Made by a program: the position numbers and the translations under genes
Notes under the pieces: model-generated
The model's input: only the letters and a program-made list of their open reading frames with translations
Told to the model about the DNA's origin: nothing
The model's database searches: none
DNA from: Dehalococcoidia bacterium
Lineage (GTDB): Bacteria > Chloroflexota > Dehalococcoidia > Lucifugimonadales > UBA3495
Assembly: GCA_965205495.1 (NCBI GenBank)
Contig: CBDBHA010000002.1
Coordinates: forward strand, 1,782,326-1,846,325
DNA length: 64,000 nt
Direction of reading: 5' to 3'
Part shown: positions 53,263 through 61,689 of the stretch, piece after piece
How the letters are laid out: every line of letters begins with the position of its first letter
How positions within the stretch are numbered: the first letter of the stretch is position 1

Positions 53263-53291
53263 CTGGATTCCCGCCTGCGCGGGAAAGACGG
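53263..53291. repeat. repeat family F1 hairpin core only
   Basis: CTGGATTCCCGCCTGCGCGGGAAAGACGG. Confidence 0.65.
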
Positions 53292-53407
53292 GTGAATGAA
53301 CTTGCGGGCCTTATGATGCGATTGCCCTGGCCACGGCAGTTGCCGGCGGGATTGGGGTAGATACAGCATGGTAAACTGGCGGCCAAAGGCGGCCGGGAGG
53401 TGATCAC

Positions 53408-55150
53408 ATGACGCCATCTGCGAAGGGACACATTTGGGCGGGGACCCTGGACCAGGTCAAGGAACGTGGATGCACTGTGGTTACGGGCGGGGGGCACTCC
53501 ATCGCCGTGTTCTACCACGAGGGCGAGGTCCACGCGGTGGACAACCGCTGTCCCCACATGGGCTTTCCGTTGGACCGGGGCAGCGTTCAGGACGGTATCC
53601 TCACCTGCCATTGGCACCACGCCCGGTTCGACCTCTCCAGCGGCGGCACCTTCAATCCCTTCGCCGATGATGTCCGCGGCTTCCCGGTAAACGTGGTAGA
53701 CGGCCAGGTGTGGATCGACCCGGAGCCGCCGCCGCGGGACGAAAGCCGCCACTGGCAGCGTCGTCTGGAAGACGGCCTAGAGCACAACCTGCGGCTGGTC
53801 ATCGCCAAGGCGGTGCTGGGCCTTTACTCGGCCGGCAGCGACTACCGTGAGCCACTGAGGATCGGGGCACAATTCGGCACCACTTACTCGGCCAACGGCT
53901 GGGGAGCGGCCATGAGCATCCTGACTTGCACCGCCAATATCCTTCCGCGCCTGCATGAAGAGGACCGCCCCAGGGCCCTGTACCACGGGCTTCTCCACGT
54001 CGCCAGGGAGTGCGCGGGCAAAGCCCCTCGTTTTGCCGTGGACCCCCTTCCCGGCGGCGAGACCCGCCCGGAGGTTTTCGCCGGCTGGTTCCGGAACTTC
54101 ATCGACGTCCGGGATGACGAAGGGGCCGAGCGGTGTCTGATAACCGCCATAGAGCTGGGCATCCCCAAGCGGAACATCGCAGACATGGTTTTCGCCGCCG
54201 CCACCGACCACATCTACCTGGATGCCGGGCACGTGGTGGACTTTGCCAACAAAGCCTTCGAGCTGCTGGACCACCTGGGCTGGGAGATGGCCGGTCAGGT
54301 GCTGCCCAGCTTGGTGCATGGGATGGCCCGGGCCCGCCGCAGCCAGGAACTCAGCGCTTGGCGCCATCCCATCGACATCTCCGCAATGGTATGGCAGGCA
54401 CGGGCGGAGCTGCCGGCCCTATTCGAGAAAGGCCAGGGCAGCCCTGGCGGCTGGGATGATGCCGACACCCTGGCGTCCCGGATGTTGGGCGACTCCCCAG
54501 TCGAAATCACGGAGTCGATCAAGGAAGCGATAGCAGGCGGGGCCACCGCCGAACAACTTGGAGCCGCCGTGGCCCACGCAGCCTTCCTGCGGATGGCCCA
54601 CTTCCACCTGTCCAACGAGTTCCGCGATTGGGACACGGTGCACAACACCCTGACCGCCGCCAACGCGCTGCATCAGGCACTGAAACGGTCGCCGACGATC
54701 GAGTTGCTGCGGGGCGTGTTCGACGTCGCGATGAGCATTTACCTGGCCCGGTTCCTTAATATGCCGGCCCAGCGCCTTCCGGACGGGGTAGGGAGTCCAG
54801 TCGAAGGCCCGGAGGTACTTACCCAGTTGCTGGAGTTGGTAAACGTGCGCCAGCAGGTGGAGGAATCTGCCCAGGCCGTGTCCGGATACCTGGCCGGTGG
54901 CGGCGCGCCGGAAGACCTGCTGGCAACCATGGGCCGGATGATGCTGCGGGAGGACGCCGGTTTTCACTCGTTCCAGATTGTCGACGCCGCCTTCAACCAG
55001 TTCGAGTCGCGCAACGCCTCGGAGTCCGGCCGCCACGTGATGATCGGACTCAGCCGCTTCCTGGCGGCCCACTCCCCCACACCCAGGGCCGAAGGCCAGA
55101 CCTACCAGATAGCCCTCCGCCTACAGCGCGGCGAAGAGATTTACCAGTGA
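53408..55150 (+). CDS. Rieske [2Fe-2S] domain fused to a ~470-aa all-helical domain of unknown function
   Basis: 580 aa. CPHMGFPL...CHWHHARF (the CxH..CxxH Rieske motif) in the first 105 aa. The remainder is not recognised. Confidence 0.8.
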   Translation: MTPSAKGHIWAGTLDQVKERGCTVVTGGGHSIAVFYHEGEVHAVDNRCPHMGFPLDRGSVQDGILTCHWHHARFDLSSGGTFNPFADDVRGFPVNVVDGQVWIDPEPPPRDESRHWQRRLEDGLEHNLRLVIAKAVLGLYSAGSDYREPLRIGAQFGTTYSANGWGAAMSILTCTANILPRLHEEDRPRALYHGLLHVARECAGKAPRFAVDPLPGGETRPEVFAGWFRNFIDVRDDEGAERCLITAIELGIPKRNIADMVFAAATDHIYLDAGHVVDFANKAFELLDHLGWEMAGQVLPSLVHGMARARRSQELSAWRHPIDISAMVWQARAELPALFEKGQGSPGGWDDADTLASRMLGDSPVEITESIKEAIAGGATAEQLGAAVAHAAFLRMAHFHLSNEFRDWDTVHNTLTAANALHQALKRSPTIELLRGVFDVAMSIYLARFLNMPAQRLPDGVGSPVEGPEVLTQLLELVNVRQQVEESAQAVSGYLAGGGAPEDLLATMGRMMLREDAGFHSFQIVDAAFNQFESRNASESGRHVMIGLSRFLAAHSPTPRAEGQTYQIALRLQRGEEIYQ

Positions 55151-55221
55151 CGTTCACTAACTCCCAGACGGCTTGCAACTACAGGTGGGGCCCACCTTCG
55201 GGTTGCGGTTTGCCAACGGGT

Positions 55222-58200
55222 TTACCGCCGCAGCCAGACCTCGGTTAACCATTGCGTGGGCGAACGACGCCTTCCCGGCAAACTTTCGAAAGTGGACCTT
55301 CTGGCGATCCGGGGATGGCGGTAGAGCTTGCCCTGGCCATTCGCGCGTAGGATGTTGTGGTCCCGGACTTTTACGAAATCGTAGAGCCTCAGGAAACCTT
55401 CAACCCGATGCTCCGGATACGGCTGCTGGTCATCGTTTAACATTCCGTTTAGATAGAGGGTGAAATTTTCGACGGTGAGGTAGCCGTGGGTAATTTCGGC
55501 CATTTCTAGGGCCAGCGCCCGATAAGGGACTGACGCCCGCCGGTCCGTTCTATATCGTATCTTTTGCTGCCCAAAATAAGTTGCGATTCCGATTGAACCT
55601 ACCAGTCCGACACCCGTTGCTACAAACCAAAAGGGCATCCACAAATGGGGCCAATAGTCGCCGGAGTCGAGGTGCCCGTCATCGTCGGTGTCGGGGGTAG
55701 TTGGGTCGGTATAAACGGTGTACGCGAGCCCCAGCAAAGACACCGTGAACCCCCCAACCTCTTCGCCATCAGTTTTGTCGTCGCCATCGCTGTCAACGTT
55801 TAACGGGTCGGTCCCCCAGGCCCGTTCGGCGCCATCCCGCAAGGAATCGCCATCGGTATCGGGCAGGTCGGGACGGGTTGGCCGGCGTTGGGCGGGGTCC
55901 CCGCCGCTAACCCGATTTACTTCTTCGCCGTCGTTGACTCCGTCGCCGTCGGTGTCGGCCATGCAAGGGTTGGCGGCTACCGGCTCATTGGCTCCCACGT
56001 CCAAACGGCCAAGGTACTCGTCACCATCCGTTAAGTTGTCCCCATCGGTGTCCGCGGCGGTGGGGTCGGTGCATCCGAGCTGCAACTCCAGAGCATCGGA
56101 GAGGCCATCTTGGTCGGTGTCGCTGCTGGTGCAACTCATCTTCCTGTCGTATTCCTGCGAATCACCGATGCTATCCTGGTCGGTGTCGCTTCGCTGCGGA
56201 TGACAGCCGTAGTCCACCTCCAGATTGTCGGCCAACCCATCATCGTCGGTATCCGTGCGGGTGGGGTCGGTCGGAACGGTTTCTCCGGATGGTTGGAAGA
56301 CCATGCCGTAAACTTCCTGCCCGTCGGACAGACCGTCCTGGTCGGTATCGGGATTCTTGGGGTCGGTTTTTACGAGGAGCGCCTGTCCGTTGATGAGCAA
56401 CGAATGCCCCTCGAACTCGTGACTGTCCCCAAGGCCATCACCGTCGGTGTCGTCAGATAAAGGATTCAACCCGTGGGTTAAGATCTCTTCACCGTCGGTC
56501 AGGCCATCCCCATCCGTGTCTCGGTTTATGGGGTGGGTGTTATGGGTAATCTCTTCGCCATCCGAAAGGCCGTCCCCATCGGTGTCCGGGTTGGTGGGGT
56601 CCGGGTTGACCACCACATCGGTGCCGCCGTAGGAGAGCGTGTAACCCTGGACCTCCTCGCTGTCGGACAGCCCGTCGCCGTCGGTGTCGAGGGCTTTGGG
56701 ATCGGTGGAATACTTGTTGACTTCCGCGCCATCGGTGAGCTTGTCGCCGTCGGAATCGGGACTGTTGGGGTTGGTGCCATGGGTTTCAAGTTCTTCCCAA
56801 TCGTTGAGGCCGTCGTCGTCAGTGTCGGCTTGGGTGGGATTGGTCCGGTGCTGTTCCAGTTCCTCCCGGTCGGGAAGTTGGTCTCCATCGGTGTCGATAT
56901 TTTTGGGGTCAGTCCCATGAATATGGACTTCATCTCCGTCGGAAAGACCATCGCCATCGGTGTCACTCAATTCGGGGTCGGTAAGGTAAGTGTTAACCTC
57001 GGCGCCGTCGAGGAGGCCGTCGCCGTCGGTATCCCCGCTGGTGGGGTTGGCGCCTGCGGCGATTTCCTGCCCATCACTTAACCCATCGCCGTCAGAGTCA
57101 AAATTCACCGGGTCGGTGCCGTGGATATGGACCTCGTCGCCGTCTTTGAGGCCGTCCTTGTCGGTGTCCGGCAAAAGGGGGTCCGTTGGGCCATTGACCT
57201 CATCCCGGTCCGATAGCTTGTCTCCGTCGGTATCCGCCTTTCTGGGGTCAGTCTTGTAGTTGATGACTTCGGCATAGTCCGACAGGGCGTCGTTGTCGGT
57301 GTCTTTCAATATGGGGTTGGTCTTCCAGGTCTTGACCTCGGCCCCGTCCAGCAAGCCATCCCCGTCGGTGTCCTGCTTGTGGGGGTCGGAGCCCTTGCTG
57401 ATTTCATCACCGTCCTTCAGTCCGTCCCGGTCGGTATCAGGTCTTACCGGGTCGGTCCCGTAACGGTTTACCTCGTCCCCATCATTCAGGCCATCGCGGT
57501 CAGTGTCGGGGTCGGTAGCGTTGGTAACGCCCCGCAGTTCATCGGGGTCGGACAGCCCATCCCTATCGGTATCTCCGCGTATCGGGCTGGTGCCGTGTTG
57601 ATTGACCTCCGCCGCGTCGGACAAGCCATCGCCATCGGTGTCCGATTTGCGGGGATCGGAGCCATGAGTTTTGGCCTCCCTGCCGTCGGAGAGGCCGTCA
57701 TCGTCGGAGTCCGAGTCCAGGGGGTCGGTCCGGTATTGTTTGATTTCTTCGCCGTCGGAGAGGCCGTCGCCGTCGGTGTCGCGGTTGGTTGGATCGGTGC
57801 CGTGGCGGTTGACTTCGTTCCCATCGGAAAGGCCGTCGCCGTCGGTGTCTTCCCGAAGGGGGTTGGACCCGTGCTTGTTGACTTCGTTCCCATCGGAAAG
57901 GCCGTCGCCGTCGCTGTCTTCCCGAAGGGGGTTGGACCGGTGTTTGTTGACCTCGTTCCCATCGGAGAGGCCATCGCCGTCGCTGTCCGGCTCAAGAGGA
58001 TTGGTCCCCAGGTTGACTTCCGCGCCATCGGAAAGCCCATCGTTATCAGTGTCCGAGTCCAGTGGGTCGGTGCGATGGGTGGATACCTCGTCACCGTCCC
58101 CCAGGCCGTCGCCGTCGGTGTCGGCCCGGACGGGATTAGTATGGTAATCATTTACCTCGGCGCCATCGGACAGGCCGTCGCCGTCGGTGTCGCGGTTGTT

Positions 58201-58395
58201 CGGGTCGGTGCCACGGGCCGATTCGGCCTCGTCGGAAAGCCCGTCGCCGTCGCTGTCCACCGGGGACTCTTGAAGGGGAAGGGCGGCGATCAGGGTGAAC
58301 GACAGCAAGCCAATGGCAACCAGGGCTGCCAGGCGGCCCAGGAACGCTGCCCTTTGGGGGAGAGAATCTCTCAACTGGTCCACGATTGTAACCAA
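55222..58395 (-). CDS. single-pass membrane protein with 36 thrombospondin type-3 (DxDxDGxxDxxE) Ca-binding repeats and a ~116-aa cytoplasmic C-terminal domain
   Basis: 1057 aa. TTG start abuts the upstream stop. Signal anchor LAALVAIGLLSFTLIAAL. I counted 36 D(T/S)D.D..-initiated units, mostly 22-23 aa. TM helix MPFWFVATGVGLVGSIGIATYF, followed by a basic tail. Confidence 0.85.
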   Translation of the reverse strand: MVTIVDQLRDSLPQRAAFLGRLAALVAIGLLSFTLIAALPLQESPVDSDGDGLSDEAESARGTDPNNRDTDGDGLSDGAEVNDYHTNPVRADTDGDGLGDGDEVSTHRTDPLDSDTDNDGLSDGAEVNLGTNPLEPDSDGDGLSDGNEVNKHRSNPLREDSDGDGLSDGNEVNKHGSNPLREDTDGDGLSDGNEVNRHGTDPTNRDTDGDGLSDGEEIKQYRTDPLDSDSDDDGLSDGREAKTHGSDPRKSDTDGDGLSDAAEVNQHGTSPIRGDTDRDGLSDPDELRGVTNATDPDTDRDGLNDGDEVNRYGTDPVRPDTDRDGLKDGDEISKGSDPHKQDTDGDGLLDGAEVKTWKTNPILKDTDNDALSDYAEVINYKTDPRKADTDGDKLSDRDEVNGPTDPLLPDTDKDGLKDGDEVHIHGTDPVNFDSDGDGLSDGQEIAAGANPTSGDTDGDGLLDGAEVNTYLTDPELSDTDGDGLSDGDEVHIHGTDPKNIDTDGDQLPDREELEQHRTNPTQADTDDDGLNDWEELETHGTNPNSPDSDGDKLTDGAEVNKYSTDPKALDTDGDGLSDSEEVQGYTLSYGGTDVVVNPDPTNPDTDGDGLSDGEEITHNTHPINRDTDGDGLTDGEEILTHGLNPLSDDTDGDGLGDSHEFEGHSLLINGQALLVKTDPKNPDTDQDGLSDGQEVYGMVFQPSGETVPTDPTRTDTDDDGLADNLEVDYGCHPQRSDTDQDSIGDSQEYDRKMSCTSSDTDQDGLSDALELQLGCTDPTAADTDGDNLTDGDEYLGRLDVGANEPVAANPCMADTDGDGVNDGEEVNRVSGGDPAQRRPTRPDLPDTDGDSLRDGAERAWGTDPLNVDSDGDDKTDGEEVGGFTVSLLGLAYTVYTDPTTPDTDDDGHLDSGDYWPHLWMPFWFVATGVGLVGSIGIATYFGQQKIRYRTDRRASVPYRALALEMAEITHGYLTVENFTLYLNGMLNDDQQPYPEHRVEGFLRLYDFVKVRDHNILRANGQGKLYRHPRIARRSTFESLPGRRRSPTQWLTEVWLRR

Positions 58396-58767
58396 CTATC
58401 GCCGGGGCAACCGTGGGAAGTACTGCCGGTAAACGGCCGCCAGGATGCCGTCGGTTACCTGCTGGGCGGCCCGCTGCTGGGGAGCAGTTTGCGCCTGCTG
58501 CAATACTTCACCGGCAACGTCTAGGAGGCCCAGGGGGAGCCTTCGGGCCACGGCGTCGTTGATCTCCCGGTTGCAAAGTTCCCTGGCGGCCTGGACTTGG
58601 CGCACGTAATCGGGGGTGGATCCGAGGGAAGTCCCCAACTGCTCGTTGAGTTCCTGGAGGGCGGCGAGGAGCAAATGCAAAACGGTGGCCGGGGTTCCCT
58701 CCAGGGCCCTTTTCAGGGCCGCGGTCTTCAGTCCCTCCCTTTCCAGGGACTCAACAAGTTGACCCAT
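58396..58767 (-). CDS. small helical cytoplasmic protein of unknown function, or the -1-frame continuation of the upstream gene's tail
   Basis: 123 aa. The ATG at 58767 overlaps the upstream ORF by 40 nt, and the stop abuts the next gene's start. Confidence 0.45.
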   Translation of the reverse strand: MGQLVESLEREGLKTAALKRALEGTPATVLHLLLAALQELNEQLGTSLGSTPDYVRQVQAARELCNREINDAVARRLPLGLLDVAGEVLQQAQTAPQQRAAQQVTDGILAAVYRQYFPRLPRR

Positions 58768-60299
58768 GGCAACCCGCCGTTCGCTGTGGGGCCAGCCAAA
58801 CCTTCGAGGGTTTGCACGGCGGAAAGGACTACCTGTTCCCGGTCTAAAAGCGCCGACATATCCCCATTAACGCTGGGAGGGTTGGCAAGGACCGCTTCAA
58901 GGAAGGATAGCTCGCGCAATTCTTGCGCCTGCTGACCGAGAATGGCGGACAAGTTCCGCAGTTCGGTTGCTTTGGTTTCCTTGCGGCGCTGCATGGCCCG
59001 CTGCGCTGACGGGTCGGGCGGCTGCTCTTGGAGACCCCCGCGTTTGGACCGCAACCAAATGAAAAGCGTCACCAGAGCCGCAACAATAGAGAAGGCGATA
59101 ACCCCCACCACGGCCCAAAGCACCCATTTCCATGGTCCATCGAGACCGAAAAACCCGAAGAGACCTTGTTTCTCCGGTTCGGTTGTCACACCTGGGCCGG
59201 GGGTTGTCACAAGTTCTTGCTGATTGGCTGGGGGGATTTTCGTCTCAGTATAGCCAGCCACAAGGATTGCCTCAGTATCGGTGAGTTTGGGCGAGTTAGG
59301 TTTCGGGGTTTCGGCAATTTCTGGAGTCTCTGGGGCTGGGGTTGCCTGGGGGACGGTTTCGCTGGTCCCAGCGGTGGGGTCGCTGGTCGGACCAGGAGTT
59401 TCAACGTTGTGGTCATCGGTGAAACCATCACCGTCGGTGTCACCCTTCTTCGGATGGGTTCCGTAAAGGTTAACCTCATCGCCATCCGAGAGGGTGTCAC
59501 CGTCCGTGTCCTTTTTCAAAGGGTAGGTAAAGTATTTTTTTACCTCATCGCCGTCCGAGAGGCCGTCCTCATCGGTATCTGCGAGATTTGGATCGGTCTT
59601 GTAAGTTTCCACCTCATCCCAATCGGTGAGGCCGTCGCCATCCGAATCCTTTTGGTTTGGGTTGGTTCCATGAAACATCTCGAGGTTGTCGGCAAGCCTG
59701 TCGCCATCGGTGTCCTTGTTGTTGGGATTGGTCCCGTGTTCGTTCACCTCATCCCCGTCGGAGAGGCCGTCATTGTCGGAATCGGCCTTGAGTGGATCGG
59801 TTTGGTGGGTGTTCACCTCAGCGCCGTCAAGGAGGCCATCGCCGTCGGTATCTGCCCATAGTGGTTTAGAGTTATTTTCGGCTATTTCAACGTAGTCGGT
59901 TAGCCCGTCGGCATCGCTATCCGGGTCAAGCGGGTTCGTTTTGTACCTCTGTAGCTCCTGACCGTCGGGTAGGCCGTCCTTATCGGTGTCCTCTTCCAAT
60001 GGATTAGTCCGGTGGGTGTTCACCTCTTCCCCATCGGTAAGACCGTCCTTGTCGGTATCGCGGCTTTTAGGATCGGTCTCGTAGGTGCACAACTCGTCCC
60101 AGTCGGTGAGTCCGTCACCGTCAGAATCCGCTTTTCCAGGAGAGGCATCACAAACCTCTTGGAGGTTGTCGGTGAGGCCGTCCTTATCGGTGTCTTGTTG
60201 GGGAGCCTGGATCGGGACGGCGGCCACCAGGGTAAGCGCCAACAGGAGCGCCACGCTGGTTAAACCGAGTCCCCGGAAAATGTTTGAGAAAAGGTTCAT
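58728..60299 (-). CDS. single-pass membrane protein with 12 thrombospondin type-3 repeats, a Pro/Thr/Glu linker and a ~107-aa helical cytoplasmic tail
   Basis: 523 aa from the ATG at 60299 (GGAG 8 nt upstream). Signal peptide MNLFSNIFRGLGLTSVALLLALTLVAAV, 12 DxDxDG units and TM helix VLWAVVGVIAFSIVAALVTLFIWL. The longer ORF-track start overlaps the upstream gene. Confidence 0.8.
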   Translation of the reverse strand: MNLFSNIFRGLGLTSVALLLALTLVAAVPIQAPQQDTDKDGLTDNLQEVCDASPGKADSDGDGLTDWDELCTYETDPKSRDTDKDGLTDGEEVNTHRTNPLEEDTDKDGLPDGQELQRYKTNPLDPDSDADGLTDYVEIAENNSKPLWADTDGDGLLDGAEVNTHQTDPLKADSDNDGLSDGDEVNEHGTNPNNKDTDGDRLADNLEMFHGTNPNQKDSDGDGLTDWDEVETYKTDPNLADTDEDGLSDGDEVKKYFTYPLKKDTDGDTLSDGDEVNLYGTHPKKGDTDGDGFTDDHNVETPGPTSDPTAGTSETVPQATPAPETPEIAETPKPNSPKLTDTEAILVAGYTETKIPPANQQELVTTPGPGVTTEPEKQGLFGFFGLDGPWKWVLWAVVGVIAFSIVAALVTLFIWLRSKRGGLQEQPPDPSAQRAMQRRKETKATELRNLSAILGQQAQELRELSFLEAVLANPPSVNGDMSALLDREQVVLSAVQTLEGLAGPTANGGLPWVNLLSPWKGRD

Positions 60300-61689
60300 G
60301 GGGATAACTCCGGTGAGTGGTCTCATTCGCGGGCGGAAAGCTAGGGTTGGGGGAAGGCGTCGATGCCCGCCATGTGCTCCAGGCCCCGGTTCAGGACCAA
60401 CTGCTCGGGAATCCGGCGGATGGCGTCGGCCAACGATTCGCCGTTCTGGGGGGCCCAATCCGGGTCCTGAAGCGCCAACCTGAGCCCGTCCTCCAGTTCC
60501 GGGAATTCGGGGCCGCAGAGCAACACGGTTAAACGGACGTCGGTCATTTGGGGAAAGCCGGCCATGAAAAAGCGGGCGAACCGCGACCTGTTGTTGGTTT
60601 CCGGCCCAGCCTCCGGGGCGCAGACCTCCCGGAGGAAGTCTTGGAAGCGGAGCAAGGCCAGGTTGTCGGGAATCATCCTTTCCAACGCCCAAGCGGGACC
60701 GGACAGCAGGGCCAAAATATTGCGGGAGGTGTAAGGGTCGCAATTGATGGTGGTGGCTTCGAACGCTTTGTCCAGCATATCCATGATGTCGGGAAGGCGG
60801 TTGGAATCCTTGGCGGCCACCAGGTTGGCCCGCATATTCTTGATGCGTTGGGGCGCGTTGGAAAGGGGAAATATTGAAAAGCCGGCGGCGATGAATTGGT
60901 GGGAAGCATCTCCGAGGGGCGCAACGGTAAGGCGGACGTTGGCCGGGTCCAGTTGAGTCCCGAAGGGGGCAAAGTGATAGGCAGCCTGGGCCGATAGGAA
61001 CACGGGCATGAGCACATCTTGCAAGTGCCGGTTAACTTCGGTTACCAGGTCTCGATGCCCCTGCTGGAGCAAAAGAAGGTTGTCGGCCAGGATTATGCCG
61101 TTGATGGCCGAGGTGGTGGCCAGGTAGTAAAGGGAAGTCAGCAGATTGCCCAACATGCGGGGGTCTCCGCGACCGGCGCCCTGGTCCCGCTCGGGGATGA
61201 TACAAACGCTGAAAGTTGCCACCGGCGCCGGTTCCATCACCTGCTGCATCCAGTCCACCACCACCGGCACCGACCCCGAACCGGTGCCGCCTCCCAGCCC
61301 GCTAAAGGTGGTCAAGTAACCGTTGTACACCCGGCTCAATACATTGGCCTCGTTAAGATGGCCAAGGTTGGCTTCCCGAGCGTCGGCGTTCGAGCGGAAA
61401 TTGTATAAGGCGGAGGCTCGGCCATTGAGGGTAAATCCGCCGGCCCCTCCAGTCCTTTCCACGCTGTACCCCTGCCCGGCCTGGCCCTCCTCATCCCCCG
61501 GCGCTGAAGGCAGGCCCAGGAGTTCGGGGATGTCTTCAGGCGGCGGCGGGGCGAAGGCGATTTGGACCCTGGGGTCGTGCCAACCGAAGAAATTGTCCAT
61601 TCTTTCCGGCAGGTCGGCCTGGGTGTCCATGGCGATGGCGCGGACCGGAAAGGTTCCCGGAAGAACCGCGGAAACAAAGTCGGGTTTCA

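Noticed and set aside
49898-55150. A classical tRNA-inserted genomic island with integrase
   Set aside because: No integrase or recombinase gene was found, and no repeat of the tRNA-Cys 3' end was found by eye. It is kept only as a low-interest boundary hypothesis.
55160-55221. AGGTGGGGCCCACCT palindrome between the Rieske gene and the 36-repeat gene as a bidirectional terminator
   Set aside because: The palindrome leaves almost no loop and no U-tract follows on either strand, so the evidence is too weak to annotate.
55700-60200. Regular 66-69-bp periodicity that could be mistaken for a CRISPR array or satellite DNA
   Set aside because: The periodicity is the in-frame coding repeat of the TSP3 units. 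There are no unique spacers, no leader and no cas genes.
60300-60743. N-terminal extension of the 12-repeat gene (ORF-track start 60743) overlapping the tubulin-like gene
   Set aside because: The extension is Arg/Pro/Gly-rich and out of frame with the well-supported upstream gene. The ATG at 60299 has a GGAG RBS and begins a proper signal peptide.
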